Made by a program: the position numbers and the translations under genes. Under the pieces are notes generated by a model that was not told the DNA's origin, searched no databases, and saw only the letters and a list, made by a program, of their open reading frames with translations. A stretch of 64,000 nt of DNA from Candidatus Eiseniibacteriota bacterium (lineage in GTDB: Bacteria; Eisenbacteria; RBG-16-71-46; CAZAMP01): the NCBI GenBank assembly GCA_965224245.1, contig OZ245046.1:4928001-4992000 (forward strand). The letters run 5' to 3'. Positions within the stretch are counted from its first letter, which is position 1. Every line of letters begins with the position of its first letter. This document shows positions 10,350 to 20,576 of this stretch, one piece after another.

Positions 10350-10910
10350 CCGCCGCGACTCGAGCGTCCCCCAGGTCGTGTCGACGACCGGCACCCGCTC
10401 GCCCTCACCCAGGGCGCCGATCGGCAGCTCGCAGGCGTTGTTCTCCGGAAGGCACGGCGAGTCCGCCGCGACCGAGAACTCCCCGGCGGAGGGATCGCAG
10501 AAGCGCGGATCGGCGTCGAGGTTCTGCGACTCCGGGTCGGCGCCGACGATCCCGCCCTCGCGGTCCCGAAACGTCAGGCTGCACAGGACGACGGCGGCCG
10601 AGTTCAGGATCCGGATGCCGGCGCCGGCAGAGCCCACGATGATGAGCTTCGCGAGCTCGCCGCGCACGATGGCCCCTTCGATCCGGACCACCGCGCGCCG
10701 AGCGTCGCCCGCAGCGCAATCGCGACCGCGAGATCGGCGCCGATCGTGGTGAGTCTCGGGCCCGACTCCGAGCGCAGGATGATCGCGACGTCCTCGATCC
10801 AGAGGGACTCGACGTGACCGGCGGCCCCTAGCACGTCGTCGCCAGCCTCGGCCGCGTCGATCGTGGCGTCGATCGTGGCGTGGTTGCCGGCGAGGTGCCC
10901 CGATGCGAGC
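10350..10910 (-). pseudogene. Degraded, internally deleted paralog of the 8990-10216 beta-helix gene
   Basis: One frame gives HATIDATIDAAEAGDDVL...IILRSESGPRLTTI (matches the neighbour's N-terminus). Another frame gives GAGIRI...NLDADPRFCD...SPCLPENNAC...TTWGTL (matches its C-terminus). The central coils are missing and the frames differ. Confidence 0.7.
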
Positions 10911-11393
10911 GCCGTGCGCGTCGTCGTGTGTCGCGTGCGTCGACCGTGCAGCGCGGCGACGCGAGAGGTGAACTCTAGTCGCCTGTAACAAAAGGCGAAT
11001 CCACTTTGCGCGAGAAACTCTTTGACTCACCTGAAGGCGCTCGTTAGAAAACGATGACCGTGCTCGCTCGCCGCTTCCAGGCTGCGCGCCACGCCGTGTG
11101 ATTCTCAACGCAACTCTTCGGTCGTCACTCTCGAGGTCGTCACTCCGATCCGCTTCTCGGTTTGCCGTGTGCGGCACCGCGTGACGCTTCGAGTCGAGGG
11201 GGCTGTGTCGTTGACCGGATCATCTCTGCGCCTCCATCCGACTCTGGAGCCGATCGCGAACCGGTATCACACGATCCAGATTCCTGTTCTTCGAGCGAAT
11301 GTCCCGCGCGAGGCGCCCGAAGTCGTTTTTTTCCGTTGCTGCCGCGTCGACGTCTAGCTCGCGGACGTCGAACGCCCCCTGGGAGAGCGTGAC

Positions 11394-14300
11394 ATGCAGA
11401 TCGATCGGCTGTTCACGAAAGCCGGCCAGGATCCCTACGACGGGATCGAGTTCGTTCCCCGCACCTCCCGCATCACCAATCCCGACGGCTCGGTCGTGTT
11501 CGAGGCGAAGGACATCTCGGTTCCCAAATCATGGAGCCAGGTCGCCGTCGACATCCTCGCGCAGAAATACTTCCGCAAGGCGGGCGTGCCGCGGCGCACG
11601 GTGCGCGTCCCGGAAGAGGGCGTGCCCGAGTGGCTGTGGCGTTCGATTCCCGACGAGAACGCCGCCGACGTCGAGGGCGAGGAGCGCTTCGGTATGGAGA
11701 CCGACGCGCGCCAGGTCTTCAACCGGCTCTCCGGCTGCTGGACGTACTGGGGCTGGCGACACGGTTACTTTACGAGCGAGACCGATGCGCGCACGTTCTA
11801 CGACGAGCTGTGTCACATGCTCGCAACGCAGGTGTGCGCACCCAACTCGCCGCAGTGGTTCAACACCGGTCTGCACTGGGCGTACGGCATCGACGGTCCC
11901 GCGCAGGGCCACTTCTTCTTCGACCCCAAGCAGGGCAAGGTCGTCGAGTCGCAGAGCGCGTACGAGCACGTGCAGGCGCACGCATGCTTCATCCAGTCGG
12001 TCACCGACGATCTCGTCAACGACGGCGGGATCATGGACCTGTGGACGCGCGAGGCGCGGCTCTTCAAGTACGGCTCGGGCACCGGCTCCAACTTCTCGGC
12101 CATCCGGGGCGAGAGCGAGCCCCTGTCCGGCGGCGGCAAGTCGTCGGGGCTGATGTCCTTCCTGAAGATCGGCGACGCGGCGGCGGGCGCGATCAAGTCG
12201 GGCGGCACCACACGCCGCGCGGCGAAGATGGTCATCGTCGACGCCGACCACCCCGACATCGAGACCTACATCGGCTGGAAGGCCACCGAAGAGCAGAAGG
12301 TCGCATCGCTGGTGGCGGGAAGCCGGCTGGCGAACAGACATTTGAATGCGGTCATGCGGGCGTGCCACGCCATGGACTCCAAGACTGCGAGCCACGACTC
12401 GCACGACGAGGAGCGGTTCGATCCGCGGCACAATACAGAGCTCAGGGATGCGCTCCTGGCCGCCCGCATGGCCCTCTTGCCCGAGAACTACATCCGGCGC
12501 GTGATGGACCTGGCCAAACAGGGCTACACGTCCATCGAGTTCCCCGAGTACTCCACCGACTGGAACTCCGACGCCTACGCCACCGTCTCCGGCCAGAACT
12601 CCAACAACTCGGTCCGCCTGACGGGCGACTTCATGATGGCCGTGCAGGAGGACGGGCGCTGGAACCTCATTCGCCGCACCGACGGCGAGGTGTCGAAGAC
12701 CCTCCGAGCCCAGAACCTCTGGCGCGACATCGCGTTCGCGTCCTGGTCGTCGGCGGACCCGGGCCTTCAGTTCGACACCACGATCAACGAATGGCACACG
12801 TGCCCCAGGGGTGGCCGGATCAACGGATCCAATCCATGCGTGACCGGAGACACGCTCGTATCTACTGGTGAAGGACTGGCGCGGATCGATAGTCTTCTCG
12901 AGGGTCCGTTCTCGGTGGTGTCCGGATCGGGGCAGCTCGAGGTGGTGAAGCCGGCGTTCGTGACCGGTCGCAAGCCGGTCCTGAAGCTCCGGACCCGAGC
13001 CGGGTTCGAGCTCCGCCTGACCGCCGATCACAAGGTCTTCACCGCCAACCGCGGCGACGTTCCGGCGGAGGAGCTGACGCTCGACGACGTCCTGATGCTG
13101 GGCCGCCCGGTCTTCGGCGACCAGCACATCTCCAGTACGCGCGCGGCCGCGCTCGGCGAGGCGATGACCCGGCTGCTCCGGACGGCCAGGCGCGGGGGCC
13201 GCCGCGGCGCCGCGTCGGCGACCCGGGCCGCCGACGGCGAGACCCGCTGGGCCGGCGACGGCGCCGTGGCGACGCTCGCCATCGCCGAGGACCTGGCCCC
13301 GTTCGTCGAGCTGGACGACCGCGAGATCGCGTTCGCGCCCGGCTTCTTCGCGCTGGACCGCGAGTCGATCGCGACCGTTCTGACCACGATGTTCGCCTCG
13401 GGCCTCGTCGTCGTCGACGGACACGGCAACGGCACCGGCTCCATCAGCCTCTGCGAGCGCTCGAAGACGCTCGTCCAGCAGATGCAGCAGCTCTTCCTGG
13501 CCTTCGGCGTCAAGGCCGAGACCGGCAGCGTGGCCGGCTCGCGCGATCACTTCGTCAAGGTGCCGGTTCCGACGGTGGCCGCGCTGGACGAGCGTCTGGC
13601 CGACGAGGATGCCCTCCTCGACGAGGACACGTTCGTCGACTTCCTCCACTCGCTGACGCCCGACGGCACCGAGACCGTCTACGACCTGACCGAGCCCGCC
13701 ACGAGCCACTTCGTGGCCAACGGCCTCGTCGTGCACAACTGCTCGGAGTACATGTTCCTCGACGACACCGCGTGCAACCTGGCGTCCATCAACCTGGCCA
13801 AGGTGTTCAGGTCCGAGACGGCCACGTTCGACGTGGCCAGGTACGAGCACGCGATCCGGGTGTGGACGGTCGTCCTCGAGATCACGGTCGCAATGGCGCA
13901 GTACCCGTCGCGGAAGATCGCCGAGCTCTCGCACGTGTACCGCACGCTGGGCCTCGGCTACGCGAACCTCGGCACGGTGCTGATGCTGAGCGGCATCCCG
14001 TACGACTCGAAGGAGGCGTTCGCGATCTGCGGCGCGCTCACCGCCATCCTCACCGGCGTGTCCTACCGGACGAGCGCCGAGATGGCCGGGGAGGTCGGCC
14101 CGTTCGCCGACTTCGAGCGCAACCGCGAGGACATGCTCCGCGTCATGCGCAACCACCGCCGCGCCGCGTACGACGCCGGTCCCGAGGACTACGAGGGCCT
14201 GACGATCCTGCCAACGGGCATCTCGTCCGAGCACTGCCCCGCCGACCTCGCCAGCGCGGCCCGCCGCGCCTGGGACGAGGCGATCGCGCTGGGCGAGGAG

Positions 14301-16190
14301 TACGGCTACCGCAACGCGCAGGCCACCGTCATCGCGCCCACGGGCACCATCGGTCTCGTGATGGACTGCGACACCACCGGCATCGAGCCCGACTACGCGC
14401 TGGTGAAGTTCAAGAAGCTGGCCGGCGGCGGCTACTTCAAGATCATCAACCAGTCCGTGCCGGGCGCGCTCCTTCGCCTCGGATACCGCGGCGCGCAGAT
14501 CGAGGACATCATCCGCTACTGCAAGGGCGCGGGCACACTGGACGGCGCCCCGCACATCAACGCCGAGACGCTGCGGGCGATGGGCTTCGACGACGAGCAG
14601 CTCCAGAAGGTCGAGGAGGGGCTCGGCTCGGCGTTCGAGATCGCGTTCGCGTTCAATCGCTGGACGCTGGGCGACGAGTTCTGCACCGACGTCCTCGGCT
14701 TCACGAAGGAGCAGATGGACGACTTCTCGTTCAACATGCTCGATGCGCTCGGCTTCACCAAGGAGCAGATCCGCGAGGCCAACGACTTCGTCTGCGGCAC
14801 GATGACGCTGGAGGGTGCGCCGCACCTGAAGCCCGAGCACTACGCGGTGTTCAACTGCGCCAACCGCTGCGGCCGCTACGGCAAACAGTTCATCCGTCCG
14901 GAGGCGCATCTGTTGATGATGGCCGCCGCGCAGCCGTTCCTGTCGGGTGCGATCTCGAAGACGGTCAACATGCCGCCCGACGCCACCGTGGAAGACGTCG
15001 AGCGCATCCACATGCGCGCCTGGCAGCTCATGATCAAGGCCGTGGCCATCTATCGTGACGGCTCGAAGCTCTCGCAGCCCCTGAACGCCACCGGCGACGA
15101 GGAAGACGTGCTGGAGCTGGCGGTGGCCGCCGGCGCCGAGGAAGGCGCCCTGGCCAAGGTCGCCGCCGAGGGCCCGATGGTGGTGGCCGAGCGCGTGATC
15201 CACCGCTACATCGCCAAGCGCCGCCGCCTCCCCAACCGCCGCGGCGGCTACACGCAGAAGGCGGTGGTGGGCGGCCACAAGGTGTACCTCCGCACCGGCG
15301 AGTACACCGACGGCGGCCTGGGCGAGATCTTCCTCGACATGCACAAGGAGGGCGCCGCCTACCGCTCGCTGATGAACTGCTTCGCGATCTCGATCTCGCT
15401 CGGCCTCCAGTACGGCGTGCCCCTCGAGGAGTACGTCGACGCGTTCGTGTTCACCCGCTTCGAGCCCAACGGCATCGTCTCGGGCAACCCGCACCTGAAG
15501 ATGTCGACGTCCGTCATCGACTACATCTTCCGCGAGCTCGCGGTGACCTACCTGGGTCGTCACGACCTCTCACACGTGAGCCCCGAAGAGCTCGAGTCCA
15601 ACTCCCAGGCCACCGGCCTCGGCGAGCCCGATGACTGGGAAGGCGAGGAGCTCGTCCTGGAGCGCCTCGTCCCCAAGGACGAGCACCAGGTCGGTCACCC
15701 GATGACGGTGCACGTCGACCCGACACATGCGGGGCCCCAGGAGCCGGCCGAGTCGCCGGTCTCCAGCACCTCAGGCGCCGGCGCATCCGGCCGAGGCCGC
15801 GGCGCCCCGGGCGGCACGGGCACTGGCACGGGCACTGGCACGGGCACTGGCACCGGCGCTGACGCCGGGGCTGGCGCTGGCACCGGCGCTGGCGGCGCGG
15901 CAACACCCGGGAGTCCCAACGTCGGCGACTCGGTCGAGCAGGGCCGCCTGGACCTCGGCGATCAGCCGATCACGGCGGGAGGCACCGCGGTCGGCACCGC
16001 CGTCGAGTGGCGTACCCGGGAAGAGCGCCCGGGCGTCTCGGCCACGGCGGCCTACGACGCGAAGGTGGCGGAGGCCAAGCTCAAGGGCTACGAGGGCGAC
16101 GCGTGCACGGAGTGCGGCTCGCTGACGATGGTGCGCAACGGGTCGTGTCTGAAGTGCCTGAGCTGCGGGGCGACAAGCGGTTGTAGCTAG
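11394..16190 (+). CDS. nrdJ: Adenosylcobalamin-dependent class II ribonucleotide reductase, intein-containing
   Basis: [72 protein letters not shown]-terminal TSCPD-like region and zinc ribbon CTECG...[14 protein letters not shown]. Confidence 0.96.
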   Translation: MQIDRLFTKAGQDPYDGIEFVPRTSRITNPDGSVVFEAKDISVPKSWSQVAVDILAQKYFRKAGVPRRTVRVPEEGVPEWLWRSIPDENAADVEGEERFGMETDARQVFNRLSGCWTYWGWRHGYFTSETDARTFYDELCHMLATQVCAPNSPQWFNTGLHWAYGIDGPAQGHFFFDPKQGKVVESQSAYEHVQAHACFIQSVTDDLVNDGGIMDLWTREARLFKYGSGTGSNFSAIRGESEPLSGGGKSSGLMSFLKIGDAAAGAIKSGGTTRRAAKMVIVDADHPDIETYIGWKATEEQKVASLVAGSRLANRHLNAVMRACHAMDSKTASHDSHDEERFDPRHNTELRDALLAARMALLPENYIRRVMDLAKQGYTSIEFPEYSTDWNSDAYATVSGQNSNNSVRLTGDFMMAVQEDGRWNLIRRTDGEVSKTLRAQNLWRDIAFASWSSADPGLQFDTTINEWHTCPRGGRINGSNPCVTGDTLVSTGEGLARIDSLLEGPFSVVSGSGQLEVVKPAFVTGRKPVLKLRTRAGFELRLTADHKVFTANRGDVPAEELTLDDVLMLGRPVFGDQHISSTRAAALGEAMTRLLRTARRGGRRGAASATRAADGETRWAGDGAVATLAIAEDLAPFVELDDREIAFAPGFFALDRESIATVLTTMFASGLVVVDGHGNGTGSISLCERSKTLVQQMQQLFLAFGVKAETGSVAGSRDHFVKVPVPTVAALDERLADEDALLDEDTFVDFLHSLTPDGTETVYDLTEPATSHFVANGLVVHNCSEYMFLDDTACNLASINLAKVFRSETATFDVARYEHAIRVWTVVLEITVAMAQYPSRKIAELSHVYRTLGLGYANLGTVLMLSGIPYDSKEAFAICGALTAILTGVSYRTSAEMAGEVGPFADFERNREDMLRVMRNHRRAAYDAGPEDYEGLTILPTGISSEHCPADLASAARRAWDEAIALGEEYGYRNAQATVIAPTGTIGLVMDCDTTGIEPDYALVKFKKLAGGGYFKIINQSVPGALLRLGYRGAQIEDIIRYCKGAGTLDGAPHINAETLRAMGFDDEQLQKVEEGLGSAFEIAFAFNRWTLGDEFCTDVLGFTKEQMDDFSFNMLDALGFTKEQIREANDFVCGTMTLEGAPHLKPEHYAVFNCANRCGRYGKQFIRPEAHLLMMAAAQPFLSGAISKTVNMPPDATVEDVERIHMRAWQLMIKAVAIYRDGSKLSQPLNATGDEEDVLELAVAAGAEEGALAKVAAEGPMVVAERVIHRYIAKRRRLPNRRGGYTQKAVVGGHKVYLRTGEYTDGGLGEIFLDMHKEGAAYRSLMNCFAISISLGLQYGVPLEEYVDAFVFTRFEPNGIVSGNPHLKMSTSVIDYIFRELAVTYLGRHDLSHVSPEELESNSQATGLGEPDDWEGEELVLERLVPKDEHQVGHPMTVHVDPTHAGPQEPAESPVSSTSGAGASGRGRGAPGGTGTGTGTGTGTGTGADAGAGAGTGAGGAATPGSPNVGDSVEQGRLDLGDQPITAGGTAVGTAVEWRTREERPGVSATAAYDAKVAEAKLKGYEGDACTECGSLTMVRNGSCLKCLSCGATSGCS
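12837..13739 (+). mobile_element. Intein (301 aa) with degenerate LAGLIDADG homing-endonuclease remnant
   Basis: Begins CVTGDTLV, block [12 protein letters not shown], ends [21 protein letters not shown] followed by Cys; interrupts the conserved NP-CSE motif. Confidence 0.93.
15813..15895 (+). repeat. In-frame Gly-Thr/Gly-Ala low-complexity repeat in the NrdJ linker
   Basis: GGCACGGGCACT x3 followed by GGCGCT-type units, encoding [23 protein letters not shown]. Confidence 0.8.
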
Positions 16191-16204
16191 CGCCCCGCTC
16201 TGCC

Positions 16205-16891
16205 TCACCGCCGATGCGTCTCTGATCGACGATGGATCGCCTTCACGCGCCCCCACGTCGTGCCGATGACCGGCGTCGCCGGACACGCGTCGATCTGAAA
16301 CGGATAGTCGCCGGCGAGGTCGACCAGTCCGAGATTCGCGGTGGCGACGAAACGCGGGCCGTGAGCCACGTCGGTCACCTCCGCGACCCCGAACGCATGG
16401 TCCGTGACCTCGATGTAGCCCCTGGCCCCGACATCGACATCGAACGCACCGATTACGAAGCCCCCCCGGGCGTTCATCGCGACGGCCGGGGTCCAATCGA
16501 AGAACGCGCTCCCCGTGGACGCCGGGAACCCGAACGCATCTGTTCCGGCGTCCGTGCAATAGTGCCAGGCGCGCACGTTCGCGGACGGTGGAAACACCAC
16601 TCCGAAGGCCGCGCCGCGTAGCGAGTCGGCCCCGGCGATCACGATGTAAACTCGCTGCGTGGTTGAGTTATCCCCCTCAATGACGTACATGCCACAGCCC
16701 AGGGAGTCGACCAACTCCGGAGCGCATGGATCCGAGCTCAGATCCGCACCGGTCTCGATGTGGAGGCCGATGGACGGCACTGACGACGCGTCGGCGGAGA
16801 GGTCTGCGTGACACACCGCCAGCAGGACGAAGGTGGCGAAGCTACAGCGAGGCGAGATCGCGCGCACGGAAAACCCCCTGCCGGCGGACAC
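16205..16891 (-). CDS. Secreted beta-sandwich (cohesin-like) protein with TTWGRVKA tail, copy 2
   Basis: Signal-like FATFVLLAVCHA; near-identical to 16945-17586. Confidence 0.7.
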   Translation of the reverse strand: MSAGRGFSVRAISPRCSFATFVLLAVCHADLSADASSVPSIGLHIETGADLSSDPCAPELVDSLGCGMYVIEGDNSTTQRVYIVIAGADSLRGAAFGVVFPPSANVRAWHYCTDAGTDAFGFPASTGSAFFDWTPAVAMNARGGFVIGAFDVDVGARGYIEVTDHAFGVAEVTDVAHGPRFVATANLGLVDLAGDYPFQIDACPATPVIGTTWGRVKAIHRRSETHRR

Positions 16892-16944
16892 GGCACGATG
16901 GTCGGCGAAACCTCAGCCATGGGCGTGGCCTGGGCACGTAGAAT

Positions 16945-17586
16945 CTAGCGATAGGTTGCCTTGACGCGTCCCCATGTCGTGCCGATGATCGGCGTGACCG
17001 GACACGGGTCGTTCTGGAATGGATAGTCGCCGGCAAGATCGACAAGCCCGAGATGGGCGACTCGAACCAACCGCGTACCGTGGATTACATCGGTTACCTC
17101 CGCGACCCCGAACGCATGGTCCGTAACCTCGATGTAGCCCCTGGCTCCGACATCGACATCGAACGCACCGATTACGAAGCCCCCCCGGGCGTTCATTGCG
17201 ACGGCCGGGGTCCAATCGAAGAATGCGCTCCCCGTGGACGCCGGGAACCCGAACGCATCTGTTCCGGCGTCCGTGCAGTAGTGCCAGGCGCGCACGTTCG
17301 CGGACGGTGGAAACACCACCCCGAAGGCCGCGCCGCGCAGCGAGTCCACACCTGCGATCACGATGTAGACCCGCTGCGTGGCTGAGCTGTCCCCCTCGAT
17401 GACATACATGCCACAGCCGAGGGAGTCCACCATCTCCGGAGCGCAGGGATCCGAGCTCAGATCCGCACCGGCTTCGATGTGTAGGCCGATCGACGGCACG
17501 GACGAAGTCTCACCGGAGACGTCCGCGTGACACACCGCAAGAAAGACCAAAGTGGCGAGGCTACCTTGTGACAAGCCCACGCGCAT
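16945..17586 (-). CDS. Secreted beta-sandwich (cohesin-like) protein with TTWGRVKATYR tail, copy 1
   Basis: ATG 17586 with AAGGAG RBS, overlapping the end of the upstream gene; DNA near-identical to copy 2 at a 719-bp offset. Confidence 0.75.
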   Translation of the reverse strand: MRVGLSQGSLATLVFLAVCHADVSGETSSVPSIGLHIEAGADLSSDPCAPEMVDSLGCGMYVIEGDSSATQRVYIVIAGVDSLRGAAFGVVFPPSANVRAWHYCTDAGTDAFGFPASTGSAFFDWTPAVAMNARGGFVIGAFDVDVGARGYIEVTDHAFGVAEVTDVIHGTRLVRVAHLGLVDLAGDYPFQNDPCPVTPIIGTTWGRVKATYR

Positions 17587-20419
17587 GGCGCACTCCTTCC
17601 TCATCGATGGCACGGACGAAGTAGACGCCGGTCGACAGACTGTGGAACTCCACCGCCGCGTGGTGATTGGCGAGGGGCTTCGTCGCAACAAGCCGTCCCT
17701 GCACATCGAAGAGGTCCACGCGGGATGTGACCGCGGCTGTGCCTTCCATCGAGACGCGCAACCCACCCGAAAGACTCTGGACCGACATCGCCGCGCCGTG
17801 ACCGACAGAACCCAGCTCCGGAGCGACGTCGAGAGCGAAATCATGCGGCATCAGAAGTGATCCCATGTAGACGCGCCTCGACCAGTAGCCCCACGGATCC
17901 GTCTCGTCATAGTAGCCCAGAACGAATGCCCTGAAGTGCTGCGACGATGTCGGGTCGTCGACGACCATCAGCCGGTATGGCGTGCGTGGCCCGACGCTCG
18001 GCACGATTGCACTCAGGGGTGAGACGTAGTTCATGAACCCACTCTCTGGGTTCAGGACGGCGACGGCGGTGCAGGAGTTCGGGTCACACCCGGTGCTGGG
18101 CATTGCCATCGCCATGACGGGCCGTCCCTCGGTCGTGATGGCGACGTCCATCCCAGCCGCAAGCGTGTAATCATCGGAGCATGAAGCAACCGTCTCCCAG
18201 GGGCTCAGGCCATCGGGGTCGATTCGAAACATGAACGCCGAGTAGCGATCCAGCGGAACGGCCTGGTGGTAGCCCCAACCGGAGACGTAGATCTCGCCTG
18301 AACGTCCCACGGCTACGCCGGTCAGGCGGTAGTCAGAGCTGATGAGCTGTGGGTAACAGTAGTAGGTGTAGTCCGATTGCGTGTCGAGGTTGCGAAAGAC
18401 CACGACGGGCCGAACCGTTCCCCCGTACTGCACCCGGGCGGACATGGCGAGCGTTCCATCCTCCCCGATTGCGATCAGCCCCGGAAACGCGCTCCCCTCA
18501 CCCGCCGCAAGACTGACCCCCTCAACGAAGATCATCGTGGCAAGGTCGACGGCCACGAGAACCACTTCACTCACGCCGCCTGCGTCCCGAGACTCGCCAG
18601 CGATCCACAGGAGGCCACCCGGACGTGGGTCCATTACCGCGATATCAGCCGAGGGCTGCAACGCGAACACCGGCAGCGTGAACTCGCTCTCGATCGCCCC
18701 GGTGCCCGAGACCTTCAGGACGAATTGCCTGCGCTGTGACGCCGTCTCGGTGAAGCCAACGACGTACGCACAGCCACCCCGGATGAAGACCCCTGCCGCG
18801 GTCTCGTCTCCGTCGGGGAGCTCCGTGCTGGCGTACGGCACCGACCAGTCCACGCTTCCATCGGTCGCGTCGACCTTCATGATGGCCAGGTCGGTCTTGC
18901 CATCGTAGGTGCGACGGCGGTCGGCGACGAACACCGAGGTCCCATCGAAGGCGATCAGACTCTCGTTTCGACGCGATCCGAGCATGTCTCCCACCGACCC
19001 GTCGTCGCCGGGCTGGCCGACGCCGTTGTACCAGCGAGACCACTCGACGCCGCCGTCGAACTCCCGCGTCACCATCGCGTATCGGCTGTCCTTACCCACG
19101 ATGGATGAGAAGGTCACCTCCGAGGCGGTACCAACGGACAGATCGACGATCGCATGAGGCACCGCGACGTATCCGGGAGCCTCGTCCAGAACATCCTCCC
19201 AGTCGTCTTGCAGTGCCCAGGGAAGGGTCGCCCCCGACACCCCCTGACAGTCGTAGATCCAGGGCTCCGCAGGGGAATCCGTGCAGAAGGACAGGTACTG
19301 GCGAGGAATCTCCGTCGCGCCGGCGGGCGGCGCGGGATTCGAGGGATCCCCCGACCCACAGATGTTCGGCGGCGCCGACCCCGCGATGGCCGCGGCACCG
19401 AGGAAGTCGGTGTCGACGAACGCGTACGGGCCCGGGGAGCCGGCGAAGCTCGGTGCCTCGGCGCCGAACGGTGCGATGACCCGCATCTCCCCCACGGAGT
19501 ACGCATCCACGTCGAAGTACCCCACCGGGATCAGGCCGCCAGCCGAGGAAGCCGTCTGCGCGGTATCCCACGAGACGGTGACACCCGCGCCGCGCGAAGG
19601 CCAGCCGCCCAGGGCGCGGGACGTGCCCCCACCGCATGTCGACCAGTCGGAGAAGCGAAGGCCCGCATCCACGTCCAGCCCGAAGGACAGCACCTTCAGG
19701 TCCGCGATGCCGGACGCGAGAAGATAGACGCGATGCGAGACCGTGCCGTCACCGTCGGCGGTGACGACCGTCGAGCAGTCCAGCGAGTCGAGATCGGCGC
19801 ACACCGTGGTGCTCTCGACGACATGCAAGAAGAGCGCGGGGTCTCGAACGTCTTCACACGCGCGTTCACCGCCACCGGAGCCGGCGACATCGGCGACACC
19901 TAGATGGCCGGGCGCGATGGTGTGAGTCACCCCGTCTGCGTCCGTGTATTCCGCTCGCCCGATGCGACTGTCGTTCACGACGGTCACTACGCCGGTCGAG
20001 CCGGCCTCCACCGTCAGATAGCCGACGACGGCAAGACCATCGGGGCCGTCTGGATACTCGGGTTCGTCCCAGGTGACGGCCACCCCGGTTCCGGATGCTG
20101 GCCATCCGGTCTCGGGGATCTGAAGGCCACCGGCACAGCTCGTCCATCCGACGACGGACACCGAGGAGTCGTACTCGATGGCGAACTGCACGCCGGCGAT
20201 CGACCACACGTCGGCGGCCAGAATCCAGACGAACTGTGCATGGGCCGAGCTGCCCTCCACGATCGTCGTCGTGCACGTCAGCGTGTCCACGTCGAGTGCC
20301 GTGCATCCAGCGTAGGAAGCGTCCGTCACGTGGACGGCGAGGGCGGGCTCCGAGCGGGCCGTCCCGATCAGCCCGGCGGACACCAGGATCAGCATTGGGA
20401 TCCATGACTTGGTATGCAT
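17561..20419 (-). CDS. Large secreted protein: two cohesin-like domains, a beta-propeller-like region and a T9SS/FlgD-like C-terminal domain
   Basis: Signal peptide; two internal repeats (ALxxHV...C...GVxVxWD...VGY); tail VDLFDVQGRLV...LSTGVYFVRA; GGAGGT RBS. Confidence 0.75.
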   Translation of the reverse strand: MHTKSWIPMLILVSAGLIGTARSEPALAVHVTDASYAGCTALDVDTLTCTTTIVEGSSAHAQFVWILAADVWSIAGVQFAIEYDSSVSVVGWTSCAGGLQIPETGWPASGTGVAVTWDEPEYPDGPDGLAVVGYLTVEAGSTGVVTVVNDSRIGRAEYTDADGVTHTIAPGHLGVADVAGSGGGERACEDVRDPALFLHVVESTTVCADLDSLDCSTVVTADGDGTVSHRVYLLASGIADLKVLSFGLDVDAGLRFSDWSTCGGGTSRALGGWPSRGAGVTVSWDTAQTASSAGGLIPVGYFDVDAYSVGEMRVIAPFGAEAPSFAGSPGPYAFVDTDFLGAAAIAGSAPPNICGSGDPSNPAPPAGATEIPRQYLSFCTDSPAEPWIYDCQGVSGATLPWALQDDWEDVLDEAPGYVAVPHAIVDLSVGTASEVTFSSIVGKDSRYAMVTREFDGGVEWSRWYNGVGQPGDDGSVGDMLGSRRNESLIAFDGTSVFVADRRRTYDGKTDLAIMKVDATDGSVDWSVPYASTELPDGDETAAGVFIRGGCAYVVGFTETASQRRQFVLKVSGTGAIESEFTLPVFALQPSADIAVMDPRPGGLLWIAGESRDAGGVSEVVLVAVDLATMIFVEGVSLAAGEGSAFPGLIAIGEDGTLAMSARVQYGGTVRPVVVFRNLDTQSDYTYYCYPQLISSDYRLTGVAVGRSGEIYVSGWGYHQAVPLDRYSAFMFRIDPDGLSPWETVASCSDDYTLAAGMDVAITTEGRPVMAMAMPSTGCDPNSCTAVAVLNPESGFMNYVSPLSAIVPSVGPRTPYRLMVVDDPTSSQHFRAFVLGYYDETDPWGYWSRRVYMGSLLMPHDFALDVAPELGSVGHGAAMSVQSLSGGLRVSMEGTAAVTSRVDLFDVQGRLVATKPLANHHAAVEFHSLSTGVYFVRAIDEEGVRHARGLVTR

Positions 20420-20576
20420 CTCGTGACCTCCGAAATCGTGCCCTGCGCGTTCATAGGCTCATGGGTCAATCCAGAAATGATATCAAAAGCATCTGATATT
20501 GGATACATCGAAACAGCCCAGGTGGGCACGAGAACGCAGAAGGCCGGGCCTCGGCGCGTCCGCAACGATGCTGGCG

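Noticed and set aside
10930-11393. Cobalamin riboswitch or NrdR box upstream of nrdJ
   Set aside because: No recognisable B12-box or NrdR palindrome by eye; an Infernal search would settle it.
11529-15563. 1344-aa minus-strand ORF
   Set aside because: Antisense shadow of nrdJ, typical of high-GC DNA.
16205-17586. Duplicated region as a diversity-generating retroelement TR/VR pair
   Set aside because: No reverse transcriptase; differences are not adenine-specific and both copies are full ORFs.
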